A stretch of DNA of 64,000 nucleotides from Candidatus Sungiibacteriota bacterium (GCA_016186145.1 JACPMF010000002.1:18473-82472); one strand, 5' to 3'; counted from the first letter of the stretch, positions 29,444 through 39,371 are shown. Numbers and translations: made by a program. The notes: a model not told the origin generated them from the letters alone.

Positions 29444-30651
29444 TGTAATTTCTTGCCTTTAAAAAATTCCTTAAAAACATTTCCGATGTACTTGATATCT
29501 TTTGATTTCAACTCCACGTGGCAACCGACGAAAAGACCGTTTTTCTGGGTCCAATCCGCGATCGGGTATCGCTTTGCCGCATATTCACCAAAAAGCCTGC
29601 GATACACCGGCTGGCCAAGAAGCGAATAAAACGGGCGGGTTTCAACATTTCGCTCTTCGAGCCATCGGGCAAGTTCGTCCCTCGTGAATCTTTTCGTCGT
29701 AACCACAATAGGAAACATCATAAACGCATGCCCCGAATGCTCCGGCCACCACGGAAGCTGCAAATATTTTTCGTACGGTTTCAGAAGCGCTAAAAGAAGC
29801 TTTGCGTTTTTTTGCCGAACGGCGATATTTCCCGAAATATTTTTTATTTCTGCAAGCCCCAAAGCGCCTTCCAATTCAGTCAAACGGTAACTATAGCCGA
29901 CACTCACAAAATTGAAACGGCGGCTCATCACTTCGGTTAACTTCTTGCCGGTAAGGCCCTTATCGTCGTCTGCGGAGATATAAATATTATCCCGCCCATG
30001 ATTCACCAAACTCCTCATCTTCAAGGCAATCCCCTGATCGTTGGTAAGCGCCATGCCGCCAACCCCCGTTGTCACGATATGGGCGATGTATGTCGAAAAA
30101 CAAGCGATGTCTCCCTCGGAGCCAACCGGCTCCCCGCGATGAGAAACCGCGGCGGTCTGACATGCGTCCTCAATAATCCTCAATTTATGGCGCTTGGCAA
30201 TCTGTTTTATCGCTTGCATATCGGCCGAGACCCCGAAAAGGTGAACAGGCATAATCGCGCGGGTGCGGGGCGTAATTCTTTTTTCGATGTCTTTCGGGTC
30301 AATGTGATAGGTACGAGGATCAATATCTACAAATACCGGTTTCAATCTGTTTTGTATAACAACGTTGGAGGTCGCTATAAAAGTCATCGCGGGCACAAGA
30401 ACCTCGTCGCCGTCACGCCATCCGTCTAACTCCTTCAAAGCGTGAAGCGCTACCTGCAAAGCGCTGGTGCCGGAATTAGCCGAAATCGCAAAGCGGCGGT
30501 TATGAAGCTCGGCGAATTTCGCCTCAAACGCTTTAAGAAAAGGGCCGTATGACAAACGGCCGGAACGAAGCACCTGCATCACATAGCGTTTGTGCAAAGG
30601 AGTAATAACAGCCCCCCCGACCCCTAATTGTCTTTTCCTTTTTTCAAACAT
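29440..30651 (-). CDS. DegT/DnrJ/EryC1/StrS family PLP-dependent sugar aminotransferase
   Basis: Family architecture with a predicted PLP-lysine region, VLRSGRLSYGP, and LVPAMTFIATSNVV. Confidence 0.85.
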   Translation of the reverse strand: MFEKRKRQLGVGGAVITPLHKRYVMQVLRSGRLSYGPFLKAFEAKFAELHNRRFAISANSGTSALQVALHALKELDGWRDGDEVLVPAMTFIATSNVVIQNRLKPVFVDIDPRTYHIDPKDIEKRITPRTRAIMPVHLFGVSADMQAIKQIAKRHKLRIIEDACQTAAVSHRGEPVGSEGDIACFSTYIAHIVTTGVGGMALTNDQGIALKMRSLVNHGRDNIYISADDDKGLTGKKLTEVMSRRFNFVSVGYSYRLTELEGALGLAEIKNISGNIAVRQKNAKLLLALLKPYEKYLQLPWWPEHSGHAFMMFPIVVTTKRFTRDELARWLEERNVETRPFYSLLGQPVYRRLFGEYAAKRYPIADWTQKNGLFVGCHVELKSKDIKYIGNVFKEFFKGKKLQ

Positions 30652-30655
30652 AAGA

Positions 30656-31621
30656 TTATATGTTCCTTATGGCGCTGTGGCCCTTCATTGTTTTGTATGC
30701 CTTCAAAAGCTCTTGAATTCCAAAATCAAGAGACCGCTTTGCCTCAAAACCAAGCCCCCGCATCCGTTCATGAGAAACCGTATAATTCCTTTTGTCGGGG
30801 TCACTGCCGACATCGGCAAAATGCAGAAAAAGATCCGGCACGTACTGCTTTATTTTATAAGCAAGTTCCTCCTTGGTTATGTTTGCCTCATCCAATCCGA
30901 TATTGTGCGGCCTTCCGACCATTCGCGGAGCATTTTCAATCGCAAAAATAAAAGCATTGGCAACGTCCCGAACATGGACAAAATTTCTCTTGAAATCTTT
31001 TTCAAAAATAACCAGGTAGCGATCGCTCGCGGCGGCATAAGTAAAGTGATTTACCAAAAGGTCCATGCGTATTCGCGGCGATACGCCAAACACCGTTGAA
31101 AGGCGCAGGGTTATGGCATTTGGAGAATTCAGCAATTCGGCTTCGGCGTCAACCTTTGTCTTTGCATAAAGCGATATCGGCCCCAAAGGCGAATCTTCCG
31201 TACAAAGGACGTTCCCCGGTTTGATGCCGTAACCGCTGTCAGTGGCGGGAAATACCACAAGCTGCTTGGGGTCTCTTAATTTATTAAGAAGGCGTATGGC
31301 TTCAAAATTAAGAGAGCGCGCCAATTCGGGATTTCTGTCGCAAGCAGGAGCGCCAACTACTGCGGCAAGCGGAATAATCACATCCGCGTCCTTCAAAAGA
31401 TTCTTCAAAAGCGCTTCATCCCGCACGTCGCCAAAAACAAAATCAAAAAGCGGATTTGCTACGACATGCAAAAGGCTTCGTTGCTGATAATAGAGGTTAT
31501 CGAGAACAGTTACCCGATATCCGGAATCCAAAAGATGTTCGGTAAGAACCGAACCGACATACCCAGCACCCCCAGGAATTAAGACGTGGGCTTTGTAATC
31601 CATAGTTACTCTGTACTTCAA
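30656..31621 (-). CDS. NAD-dependent sugar epimerase/dehydratase
   Basis: LIPGGAGYVGS motif. Confidence 0.75.
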   Translation of the reverse strand: MKYRVTMDYKAHVLIPGGAGYVGSVLTEHLLDSGYRVTVLDNLYYQQRSLLHVVANPLFDFVFGDVRDEALLKNLLKDADVIIPLAAVVGAPACDRNPELARSLNFEAIRLLNKLRDPKQLVVFPATDSGYGIKPGNVLCTEDSPLGPISLYAKTKVDAEAELLNSPNAITLRLSTVFGVSPRIRMDLLVNHFTYAAASDRYLVIFEKDFKRNFVHVRDVANAFIFAIENAPRMVGRPHNIGLDEANITKEELAYKIKQYVPDLFLHFADVGSDPDKRNYTVSHERMRGLGFEAKRSLDFGIQELLKAYKTMKGHSAIRNI

Positions 31622-32105
31622 TTATTACATTTAATGCGGATATATTGTTTCCTTTTTTCTGGGTTATATATGGAAGACTATGGCGACAAACGAAACAACA
31701 CTTCCATCTCCCCAATTCTCTGCGCCAATTTCATAAGCTTGGATATTCAATAATTATTACTTAATTTAACATGTTCTTGTTTCGGCAAGATATCACATCA
31801 AAAACGATGTGGCATCCTAGCGAGCGGGCAAATGAATCACCGCGCTGCAAGCAGCGCGGTATCTTACTACCCCAGCCCCAATTTTGCTTTCTTGCCGAGG
31901 CGAACCGCTTTGCCCATAACGGGATGTGCCTATTTCTGCAGGGTTTCCTGCTGCGGGTGCGGCTCCGCCGCATCCTCGCAAAACCCGTGAAAAGCTATTT
32001 AAACGCTTTTCACCACACGCGCTTCGTATTGTTTACTGTCGGTTTTAATCTAATCTTGTTTATCTGTTTTACAAAGACAAAATTGGAGCGGGGTTAATTT
32101 CGTAT

Positions 32106-32188
32106 TCCGCAATTCACCCCACACATAACTTATAAGCTATGTGTGGGGTTCATCCGTCCCGCTTCAAGCGGGACGGAATTCTTGCGGA
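32106..32188. other. Structured element: two adjacent perfect hairpins enclosed by a 7-bp outer stem
   Basis: Outer stem tccgcaa/ttgcgga. Hairpin 1 (32117-32148): ccccacacata-acttataagc-tatgtgtgggg. Hairpin 2 (32153-32177): tccgtcccgc-ttcaa-gcgggacgga. Hairpin 1 shares the cccacacataact sequence with the TIRs at 47393 and 54907. Confidence 0.4.
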
Positions 32189-32190
32189 CG

Positions 32191-32235
32191 AAATTAAAAA
32201 GCCGCGAAAGAAACCTCGCGGCGGCACATTTTTTT
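32191..32235. terminator. Bidirectional intrinsic terminator
   Basis: An A-rich run, hairpin gccgcga-aagaaacc-tcgcggc (32201-32222), then T7. Terminates minus-strand gene 32234..33145. Confidence 0.6.
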
Positions 32236-33145
32236 AAATGCCCTTTATTCCATGTACCTTAAAACGCCTGGAAAATCGGGGAACTTCCCTCTCTGTATTT
32301 TTCTCTTGCGCGAGGCCTAAAAGTGCTTGATAATTTTCGATATTGTTTGCTGCGACAACATTAGTAGCGTTGTTAACCGTAATCGGCTGTTTATAGGTGT
32401 CCGAAATAATGCCGCCCGCCTCAATGATAATCGGGGCAGCGGGCAAATTATCCCATGGCTTGTTGTTTAAAGAAACAACTCCCGCAGTGCGCCGCGCTCT
32501 CCCGCGATCGCGCGCGAGAGAAACAAACGACACGGCACAACAAAGATTAACGCGATAACCCCCAGCGTGTGGTCCGATATTCGACATTTCTCTCTGCATC
32601 AGACGTGATGGTCCTTCAAAAAGCACAAATGAATCCTCAAGCTTTGCAGCGGGATCAACAAAAATTCTTTCAAGAAAAACCCCATCATCAACCCATGCGC
32701 CGCACCCGAGCCCTGCAAAATACATTTCACGGCGTCCGCCGTATGCGTATGGAAAGTAGATAAACCCGTATACCGGAACAGCCTCTACCACATACGCTCC
32801 CATAATTCCGAAAATCGGCCAGCCCGCGGCGAGGTTATGCGTGCCATCAACCGGATCAATCACCCAATACCTTCTTTCAGGAGGCGGCCAGGAATGCTGG
32901 CGCTCTTCGCTCACGACCGGACACCCAAATTGCTTCTCCAAAAAACCGGAAAGCATCTGATCAACCATCACATCCTTTACGGTGACGAAATCGCCCTTAT
33001 TCTTTTCTTTTGCAGTGATATCTCTGCCGCCATCTCCTTTCGGAAATACCCTATCGGCAATTATGGTCAGCATATCCTGAATACGGACAGAGACCAAAGA
33101 GAAATTATCAGCCGTAATTGCCTCAATTGCCGTTGCCATCCCCAA
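32234..33145 (-). CDS. Inositol monophosphatase family protein, probable 3'(2'),5'-bisphosphate nucleotidase (CysQ-like)
   Basis: WVIDPVDGT motif (the DPIDGT of the IMPase superfamily). Adjacent to the sulfate-activation gene. Confidence 0.6.
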   Translation of the reverse strand: MGMATAIEAITADNFSLVSVRIQDMLTIIADRVFPKGDGGRDITAKEKNKGDFVTVKDVMVDQMLSGFLEKQFGCPVVSEERQHSWPPPERRYWVIDPVDGTHNLAAGWPIFGIMGAYVVEAVPVYGFIYFPYAYGGRREMYFAGLGCGAWVDDGVFLERIFVDPAAKLEDSFVLFEGPSRLMQREMSNIGPHAGGYRVNLCCAVSFVSLARDRGRARRTAGVVSLNNKPWDNLPAAPIIIEAGGIISDTYKQPITVNNATNVVAANNIENYQALLGLAQEKNTEREVPRFSRRFKVHGIKGI

Positions 33146-33288
33146 CCTCCGTTTCGCAAACTCACATATTTAGGTTTTGAATGAGCGAATAATTTATAAC
33201 ACGGCTATACGATCTGTGTCAACTCGCTCGGATATTGAAAGTTGCAACTAAACAACGATCATATATTAATTGTGCCTTTCCACTCGCA

Positions 33289-36057
33289 TCAAGAAATCAA
33301 ATAGTTTAAGAGCCTCTCAATGTTTTGTTCTATCCCAAACTTTTCATTGTCAATTTTAATATCCGGACTGGTTGGAGCCTCGTATGGATTTGTTGCGGCA
33401 ACGCCGATAAAATTCGATATCTCCCCGGCAAGGGCTTTCTTGTAAAGTCCCTTGGGGTCGCGCTCAATGCACTTCTCAAGTGAAGCGTTCACATACAACT
33501 CCAAAAATCCACCACCAATGATTGTTCGCGCCATTGCCCGATCTTCCCGATACGGCGATATTATCGGGACAAGTACAAAGTCATGCTCCCCTGCCCTCTC
33601 TCGTGCAAGTTCGGCAATCAAACGGTTATTCTCGCGTATGTCTTCGCGCGAAAAACTGAGGTGTTTGTTCTGGCCGCTTCTTATGGCATCCCCGTCAAGA
33701 ACGCACACGCTTTTCCCGCGCGACTCAAGTTCATTTTTTAATTTTTCAGCGATAGTTGATTTGCCGGACCCGGAAAGCCCCGTGAACCAAATAACGGTCC
33801 CTTTCCGATTTTCATTTTTGACAAAAACTTCCTCCCGACCGCTCACCGCTTCAGCGATGATTTCTGAAATCTCCGGCCTCATAAACCACTCGGGCGGACG
33901 TTCGCCCAGTTCAAATATTTTCCGAGCCTCGGTGCCGCTTATGGAAAGCTTGTCTGACGGGTCATGTTCCGGGCTTTCTGAAGCATGCATGTGATCTCCG
34001 GTTTTCTTTGAATAAAATACTTCCCCGAACCTTATCGGTTTAATTTTCAAATCAGGAAATTCATCAAAAATTTTATGCGATGCGTCGGCAGGGTAAAAAT
34101 TACCGACACCCGTATGATCCCGCCCTACGACAAAATGGCTGCACCCGAAATTCTGCCTGCAAATTGCGGTAAAAAGCGCCTCGCGAGGACCGGCATATCT
34201 TGAATACGTGTTAAAGGTCGCGAATACAACCTTATTTTCCGGATAAATATCATTCATCATCCGTTGATAACTTTTAATAATATATGCGGCATGGTAATCT
34301 CCCGCCTTTTTCTTACCAACCACCGGATGCACAAAAAGCCCGTCGCAATTCTCCTCTTCCAGGGCTTTTAGCTGAATATATTCATGGCTTCTATGAATTA
34401 CATTCCGCGTATGGAAGCCAACGACTCGCGACCAGTGCTTTTCCGCGAAAAGCCGGCGGACCTGGCGTGGCGCCAACGCATAATCCGAAAACTCCGCCCT
34501 TCTGCGGCGAAACAAATCGATTTTTCCGCCCACCAATATCGGGAGCATCGCCATAACCTGTTTTACGCCCGGATGACTCTCATCCAATGTGCCGTAAAGG
34601 CGCTTGGCAAAAAGTTCTTTATCAAACGCGTATATCTCATCAACACGCAAAACGGCAAAAGCGTTTCCTTGTTTGTCCGCAAGTACTACTTCGCGCCCCG
34701 GAATTAGTTTTCTCGCGGCTTCTTCAGAAACGTCTAAAACAATCGGAAGGGGCCAAATCGTTCCGTTCGCAAGACGCATCGTTTCGAGAACGCTCTCACA
34801 ATCTTTTTTTCCCATAAATCCTTCGAGCGGGCTGAACGTTCCAAACGCAATCTGTTCCGCGTCCATCTGCCGCGTTTCGTCGACTAAAATCTTCGGTACG
34901 GTTTCAAGAAACTTTTGCGCCGGCGGTTTTAACAAAATTCTTTCTACCAAGGATCCGCCATGAGGCGGTACAAGAACCGACCCGTAATCGCCCGAGAACA
35001 AATAACCGTCTTTTTCAAGGTGATTTGCAAGCTCAACCGCGGCGAGTTGGTATTCCCGACGGCTTGGGAGAGAAACGGCCTCTCCAACAAGCTTCTGCAT
35101 CATAGAAACGCATTCGAACGGGTACTTCCCTATCGCCGTCTCGGCCGAAAGGGCGACCCCGGCAGCCCCATCCAAAATCGTTGCAATAACATCGTGCGCC
35201 TCCGCCCGCGTTGGCCTTTGTTTTTCCACCATTGTTTCTAAAAGGTTTGTTGCGACAAAAACCGGTTTTCCGTGTTGGTGCGCGTGAGACATAATGATTT
35301 TCTGGGCAAATGGGATTTTCTCAATCGGTATTTCTTTTGAAAGATCGCCGCGATCAATAAGAAGCGCATCGGATTTTTGAATTATTTCGTCAAGGTTTTT
35401 CAAACCATCAACGCATTCGATCTTTGAAATAATTTTCATCCTCCCTTTTGTGGCATCCCGAACCGTGTCGACAAAATCCCCGGAACGCATAAAAGAAGCG
35501 GCAATATATCCGACACCTTCTTGCAGGCCGATCGCAATCGACTGGTAATCTTTTTCCGATAGCGGAGGCAGATCATATGCCTTCGGCATCGCTGAATCAA
35601 TAATTACAGCTTTGTTATTTCCGATACGGCCGGCACTCATCGCTTTTGCGAGAACAAAACCGTCTCCCGCATGGCTTGTATCTGCGACACGAAGAATCAA
35701 AGACTCAAAATCTATATGCAGCATATCCCCGGGCTCGAGCTGGCTTACAATATGCGAAGGGCGAAGAGAGATATTCTGTTGGTCGCCGACAATGTCTGCG
35801 GCATGAATACGCACCTCTTCGTCCTCAGAGAACATGATGGAATTCCCAGAAAGGCGGCCTGAACGGATCTGAGAACCTTCGGTATCGACAATAAATGGAA
35901 TGCCGATTTTTTTTGCAAGCGCGATAAAATAGCGTAGATCATCTACGCTTGAGTGAGACATGTTGATGCGAACGAAATCAACGCCTTTGGCCTTGAGTCT
36001 TCGAAGGCCTGCTTCGGTACGGACGGAAGGACCGAGGGTTACAATGAGTTTAACCAT
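33289..36057 (-). CDS. Tri-domain fusion: pyruvate-kinase-like barrel + sulfate adenylyltransferase (ATP sulfurylase) + adenylylsulfate kinase
   Basis: N-terminal pyruvate-kinase-like region: LIVTLGPS, DTEGSQIRSG, LIDRGDLSKEIP, ILDGAAGVALSAETAIGKYP. Middle ATP-sulfurylase region: HTRN, GRDHTG. C-terminal APS kinase: GLSGSGKST, LDGDAIR. Start at ATG 36057 (MVKLIV). Confidence 0.8.
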   Translation of the reverse strand: MVKLIVTLGPSVRTEAGLRRLKAKGVDFVRINMSHSSVDDLRYFIALAKKIGIPFIVDTEGSQIRSGRLSGNSIMFSEDEEVRIHAADIVGDQQNISLRPSHIVSQLEPGDMLHIDFESLILRVADTSHAGDGFVLAKAMSAGRIGNNKAVIIDSAMPKAYDLPPLSEKDYQSIAIGLQEGVGYIAASFMRSGDFVDTVRDATKGRMKIISKIECVDGLKNLDEIIQKSDALLIDRGDLSKEIPIEKIPFAQKIIMSHAHQHGKPVFVATNLLETMVEKQRPTRAEAHDVIATILDGAAGVALSAETAIGKYPFECVSMMQKLVGEAVSLPSRREYQLAAVELANHLEKDGYLFSGDYGSVLVPPHGGSLVERILLKPPAQKFLETVPKILVDETRQMDAEQIAFGTFSPLEGFMGKKDCESVLETMRLANGTIWPLPIVLDVSEEAARKLIPGREVVLADKQGNAFAVLRVDEIYAFDKELFAKRLYGTLDESHPGVKQVMAMLPILVGGKIDLFRRRRAEFSDYALAPRQVRRLFAEKHWSRVVGFHTRNVIHRSHEYIQLKALEEENCDGLFVHPVVGKKKAGDYHAAYIIKSYQRMMNDIYPENKVVFATFNTYSRYAGPREALFTAICRQNFGCSHFVVGRDHTGVGNFYPADASHKIFDEFPDLKIKPIRFGEVFYSKKTGDHMHASESPEHDPSDKLSISGTEARKIFELGERPPEWFMRPEISEIIAEAVSGREEVFVKNENRKGTVIWFTGLSGSGKSTIAEKLKNELESRGKSVCVLDGDAIRSGQNKHLSFSREDIRENNRLIAELARERAGEHDFVLVPIISPYREDRAMARTIIGGGFLELYVNASLEKCIERDPKGLYKKALAGEISNFIGVAATNPYEAPTSPDIKIDNEKFGIEQNIERLLNYLIS

Positions 36058-36063
36058 GATGAA

Positions 36064-36162
36064 TAATGCTGAATTATAAATGCTGAATTCTGAATAATAC
36101 GATAAAGTCATCTGCTACCAACATCGTTCAATAATTAGCATTTGGCATTCAGCATTTAGCAT
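36064..36162. repeat. Empty inverted-repeat pair of the ATGCTGAAT family
   Basis: aATGCTGAATtataaATGCTGAATtctgaat ... 45-bp spacer ... agcatttggcATTCAGCATttagcatt. No cargo ORF. The right arm encodes the C-terminus of the upstream methyltransferase. Confidence 0.5.
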
Positions 36163-37012
36163 TAAGTATGACTGTGAGCATCTTATCTTTAGGCTCCGAA
36201 ACCCTTTTATACGTCAGTCCAAGTCTTTGCGCCAAAAATTGCAAACTGGCATGGGAAAAAATGTACGGGTGATACGGATTCATTTGATCAAAAACAAGCA
36301 AATTCGGCGTCTGAATATAAATAATACCGCTCTTCAGAAGACATTCTTTTGCAAACCTAACTATGCTTACCGGGTCAATGGTATTTTCCAGAGAATGCGA
36401 AAAGACAATCGCGTCAAATTTCTCGCCCCGTTTGCCGATATTTTCCAGGTCTTCCGCATAACTTCCCAGAAGTTCAATGTTAAAGTCCTTAATGGTTTTT
36501 TGAGCTTCATCAGACGGCTCTACGGCAAAAACTTTGCACTGGTATTTTTTTTTAAATTCCGAAAGTGTTACGCCAAAACCGCAACCAACCTCTAAAACGC
36601 GAGAGTCCGCGCCAAGACTAATCGCGCTTGCAACAACCGGAATTATTGTTTTCGCCCTCTGCTCGCGATGTTTTTCCAGGCGATTTTCTAAACCCTCCTT
36701 GGGATCCCACTTCTTTTCATCATCCCACTTGTATTTCCCCGATTGCCACATCTGGCCTTCTTTATGGAAGCCGGCATTTCTTATTTTTTGCTGCCAGAAC
36801 AAATTCTTATAAAAATCCTTGTATGATTCCCTGGTCGGCCGCGGATTCATAAACTTCAAACCGCACGCGGGACAAAAAACATACCAAAAATCAACCCCGA
36901 ACCATTCAATCTTTCCATTGGGAACCATCGCTGCCCCATCGCAAAAAGGGCACGCGTCCAATGCCTCGAAATCAAAAGTGGCACTTTGATAATTATCCTC
37001 ATTCCTGTTCAT
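36149..37012 (-). CDS. Class I SAM-dependent methyltransferase with N-terminal zinc ribbon
   Basis: CPFCDG...CPACG ribbon; VLEVGCGFG motif I. Probable start at ATG 37012 (MNRNED). Confidence 0.65.
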   Translation of the reverse strand: MNRNEDNYQSATFDFEALDACPFCDGAAMVPNGKIEWFGVDFWYVFCPACGLKFMNPRPTRESYKDFYKNLFWQQKIRNAGFHKEGQMWQSGKYKWDDEKKWDPKEGLENRLEKHREQRAKTIIPVVASAISLGADSRVLEVGCGFGVTLSEFKKKYQCKVFAVEPSDEAQKTIKDFNIELLGSYAEDLENIGKRGEKFDAIVFSHSLENTIDPVSIVRFAKECLLKSGIIYIQTPNLLVFDQMNPYHPYIFSHASLQFLAQRLGLTYKRVSEPKDKMLTVILNAKC

Positions 37013-37922
37013 ATTTGTTCCTGATATCAAACCTTTCAACAATTTTTTTCCGATAATCGAGAGCCATCCGGTCAACTTCGTCTGCCAAGTCCTCGCTTAA
37101 GTGATTTTTCCAGTCGCCGACAACTCCTTTTCGAAATCCGCTTTTAACATTTTCTTCCCCCCGTCCCCTGCCGGCGGAATGGCTGTCCCGCGCAGTCTGT
37201 TTTTCGAATGACGCTTCTTCAATCATATACGCCAGAATCTTGGGTGAAATCGGCATGCCTAAATAGCGAACCATATCGCCTACCACACCGTATGTATACT
37301 CATCAAGCGCCTCATAAGTTAAACAGTGAACCGGACCTTGATACGCAAGGAGCGCTTGGTATTCGGGTATTATCCGCTCCTCCAGGTAACCAATGGCAAA
37401 CTCACGATCGATAACCGCATCTTCCTTTCTGCCCTTTCGAAGCATGTTAAAATGCCACGATACAATTTTATCTTTAGGATCTCTTAAAATACAGAGCTTC
37501 TTTATCTCCGGATAAAGCGAATCAATAAAATCAAGATGAAAAACATACGCCGGCGTTGCCTCACCCACAATTTTTTTGTCGCCTCTCTGCATATCGCAAA
37601 TCTCGCCGTAGCGTTCTTGAAATATCCGATATACCTCTGTTTTTGGCAGCTCATCTTTAAAGTGCACCAAATCAGAAAATACCTTGTTGTACTTTACCGC
37701 AAAATCGGAAAACGGCCGAACAAACTTCCTTTCGTCCCCACCCTCTAAACTCGCGAGGGTATTGAAGAAATGCATCTCGCCGACTCGCTGCTCCCCAATT
37801 TCGTTATAAAAGGGAAGCGTGGGAAAGCATGCAATGTCCGGATGATTGTCTAAAAGCGCTGCAACCCAATGAGTGCCGCTCCGCTCCATACCAACTATTA
37901 AAAAGTCTGGACGATAATGCAT
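36999..37922 (-). CDS. PAPS-dependent sulfotransferase
   Basis: Predicted 5'-phosphosulfate-binding loop GMERSGTHW and 3'-phosphate-binding RDPKDKIVSW. Confidence 0.7.
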   Translation of the reverse strand: MHYRPDFLIVGMERSGTHWVAALLDNHPDIACFPTLPFYNEIGEQRVGEMHFFNTLASLEGGDERKFVRPFSDFAVKYNKVFSDLVHFKDELPKTEVYRIFQERYGEICDMQRGDKKIVGEATPAYVFHLDFIDSLYPEIKKLCILRDPKDKIVSWHFNMLRKGRKEDAVIDREFAIGYLEERIIPEYQALLAYQGPVHCLTYEALDEYTYGVVGDMVRYLGMPISPKILAYMIEEASFEKQTARDSHSAGRGRGEENVKSGFRKGVVGDWKNHLSEDLADEVDRMALDYRKKIVERFDIRNKYEQE

Positions 37923-37948
37923 GATTATCAGTTATTGATTGTTATTCG

Positions 37949-38224
37949 TCATTTAGGGTGCCTCCCGCCGGTATCTATATACGTTCTAACATAAAGTACG
38001 AGACAAACGGCGAGAAAAACCATGGCGAGTATATATTTAACTTGTAATGGCCGTTGAGCAATTATGGTTGCGTACGCGAGCGCTATAATATTGGCGACAA
38101 AAGAGATAAGGAGCAACAGGAAGCTTAACCCCTCAACCGTTTTGGTTCTGTAAGTTTTAATGATTTGCGGAATATAACAAAGTGTAAATAAGGTTGTCGC
38201 TGTCCAACCAAGCAATTCTGCCAT
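37949..38224 (-). CDS. PQ-loop/SemiSWEET-like small membrane protein
   Basis: 91 aa, three predicted TM helices, PQ motif (CYIPQIIKTYRTK) in helix 1. Confidence 0.5.
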   Translation of the reverse strand: MAELLGWTATTLFTLCYIPQIIKTYRTKTVEGLSFLLLLISFVANIIALAYATIIAQRPLQVKYILAMVFLAVCLVLYVRTYIDTGGRHPK

Positions 38225-38236
38225 AGCTATAATAGT

Positions 38237-39367
38237 TTAAACTCTTAAAACCGTTACGCCCGTATTCCCATACGCATCAGCTGCGCCGACCGCAGTCCGA
38301 CAAGCGCCTTCGGGAATTGTAAATAACCATCCGCTTCCTTTTTTTTCAACATCTTCACGTCTCACATTTCCATCTTTGTACTCAACCGCAACAAACGGCA
38401 TATCCCCAAAAATGTCGTGGTTTGCCCAAACCGATACATTGCAACCATCGCGTTCCACCCGTAACGAGAGATCTTTTGGTATCGGCTCTATATAACTTCG
38501 AATCGCATCAAGCGCATTGGAAAATTTATACCGGATGCCGGACATCCGCGATCTTTTCTCGACCATCCCGCAAACCATCGCGAACTCATCGGAAATACTC
38601 TTATAATAATCGTGGCTGTGAAAAGAAAAAAGCGACAACCCCGTTTCTTTTGCCTCGCGAAAAGCCCCCTCAACGTCTTCTTCCTGCAAACTTCCCGAAC
38701 CGCCTTTTGCCGCAACAGGCAAAGAGCGCGCGATCAGTCGCTTCATGGTTCCCGGGTGTTGATAATCTCCAATGCTCGGATGATACGGCTGCCAATTCGC
38801 CGGAGCCCTTGACCAATCGCAGAACTCCCGCTTCGCCGGGGCAATGTTCGAAAAATCAAAGGGAATCCACCGTTCAAGCCAACGAGAACTTTCATCATTC
38901 TCGACATATTTGCCGGCCCGATATACGGCCGGAAAAAATCCGAAATCAAGCATTCGTTTTGCGATAACGTACTCATGCCAGCGAGAATCATTCCAGTCGT
39001 CATTCCATCCCCACGCGCCGTTTTTTGGAGGATGATGATAGTGCCAATAAATTTCGTCACCGCTCTCTCGAAGGCGGCTATCGGTTAAAATGTTCGCGCG
39101 ATAAAAATTCCATACAGCATGAAGCCCGCCGGCGTGCCCTCTTCTTTTAAACCCCGGATCATCCGACGAAAAACCCGCCCAGTCAAGTATTCCCCAGCTA
39201 TACTTTAAATATCCGCCAAAAGAGTCTCTGAATTTCTTTCTCAATCCAACAGTCAAATTTTCTATTGCCGCGCCGAGAGAATTCCAATTATCAAACAAAT
39301 CACTCCGCCCGGTTGTAGGGCCTTCAGTATCAATGATGGGAACAATATATACTATTGGCTCATTCAT
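38237..39367 (-). CDS. Hypothetical protein (Trp/His-rich, possible carbohydrate-active enzyme)
   Basis: No recognisable family signature: WHYHHPP, HSHDYY. Confidence 0.3.
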   Translation of the reverse strand: MNEPIVYIVPIIDTEGPTTGRSDLFDNWNSLGAAIENLTVGLRKKFRDSFGGYLKYSWGILDWAGFSSDDPGFKRRGHAGGLHAVWNFYRANILTDSRLRESGDEIYWHYHHPPKNGAWGWNDDWNDSRWHEYVIAKRMLDFGFFPAVYRAGKYVENDESSRWLERWIPFDFSNIAPAKREFCDWSRAPANWQPYHPSIGDYQHPGTMKRLIARSLPVAAKGGSGSLQEEDVEGAFREAKETGLSLFSFHSHDYYKSISDEFAMVCGMVEKRSRMSGIRYKFSNALDAIRSYIEPIPKDLSLRVERDGCNVSVWANHDIFGDMPFVAVEYKDGNVRREDVEKKGSGWLFTIPEGACRTAVGAADAYGNTGVTVLRV

Positions 39368-39371
39368 AAAT

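Noticed and set aside
31771-32097. 108-aa plus-strand ORF and 70-aa minus-strand ORF in the long intergenic gap
   Set aside because: Low-complexity translations, no ribosome-binding site and no recognisable domain. Probably spurious ORFs across a non-coding, possibly RNA-encoding, region.
32087-32190. Possible tRNA- or tmRNA-like fold (outer 7-bp stem plus internal arms, TTCAA loop)
   Set aside because: The hairpin stems are 10-11 bp with 5- and 10-nt loops. There is no 7-nt T-loop with a 5-bp stem, no D-arm, and no CCA-compatible 3' end. It is kept only as an unexplained structured element.
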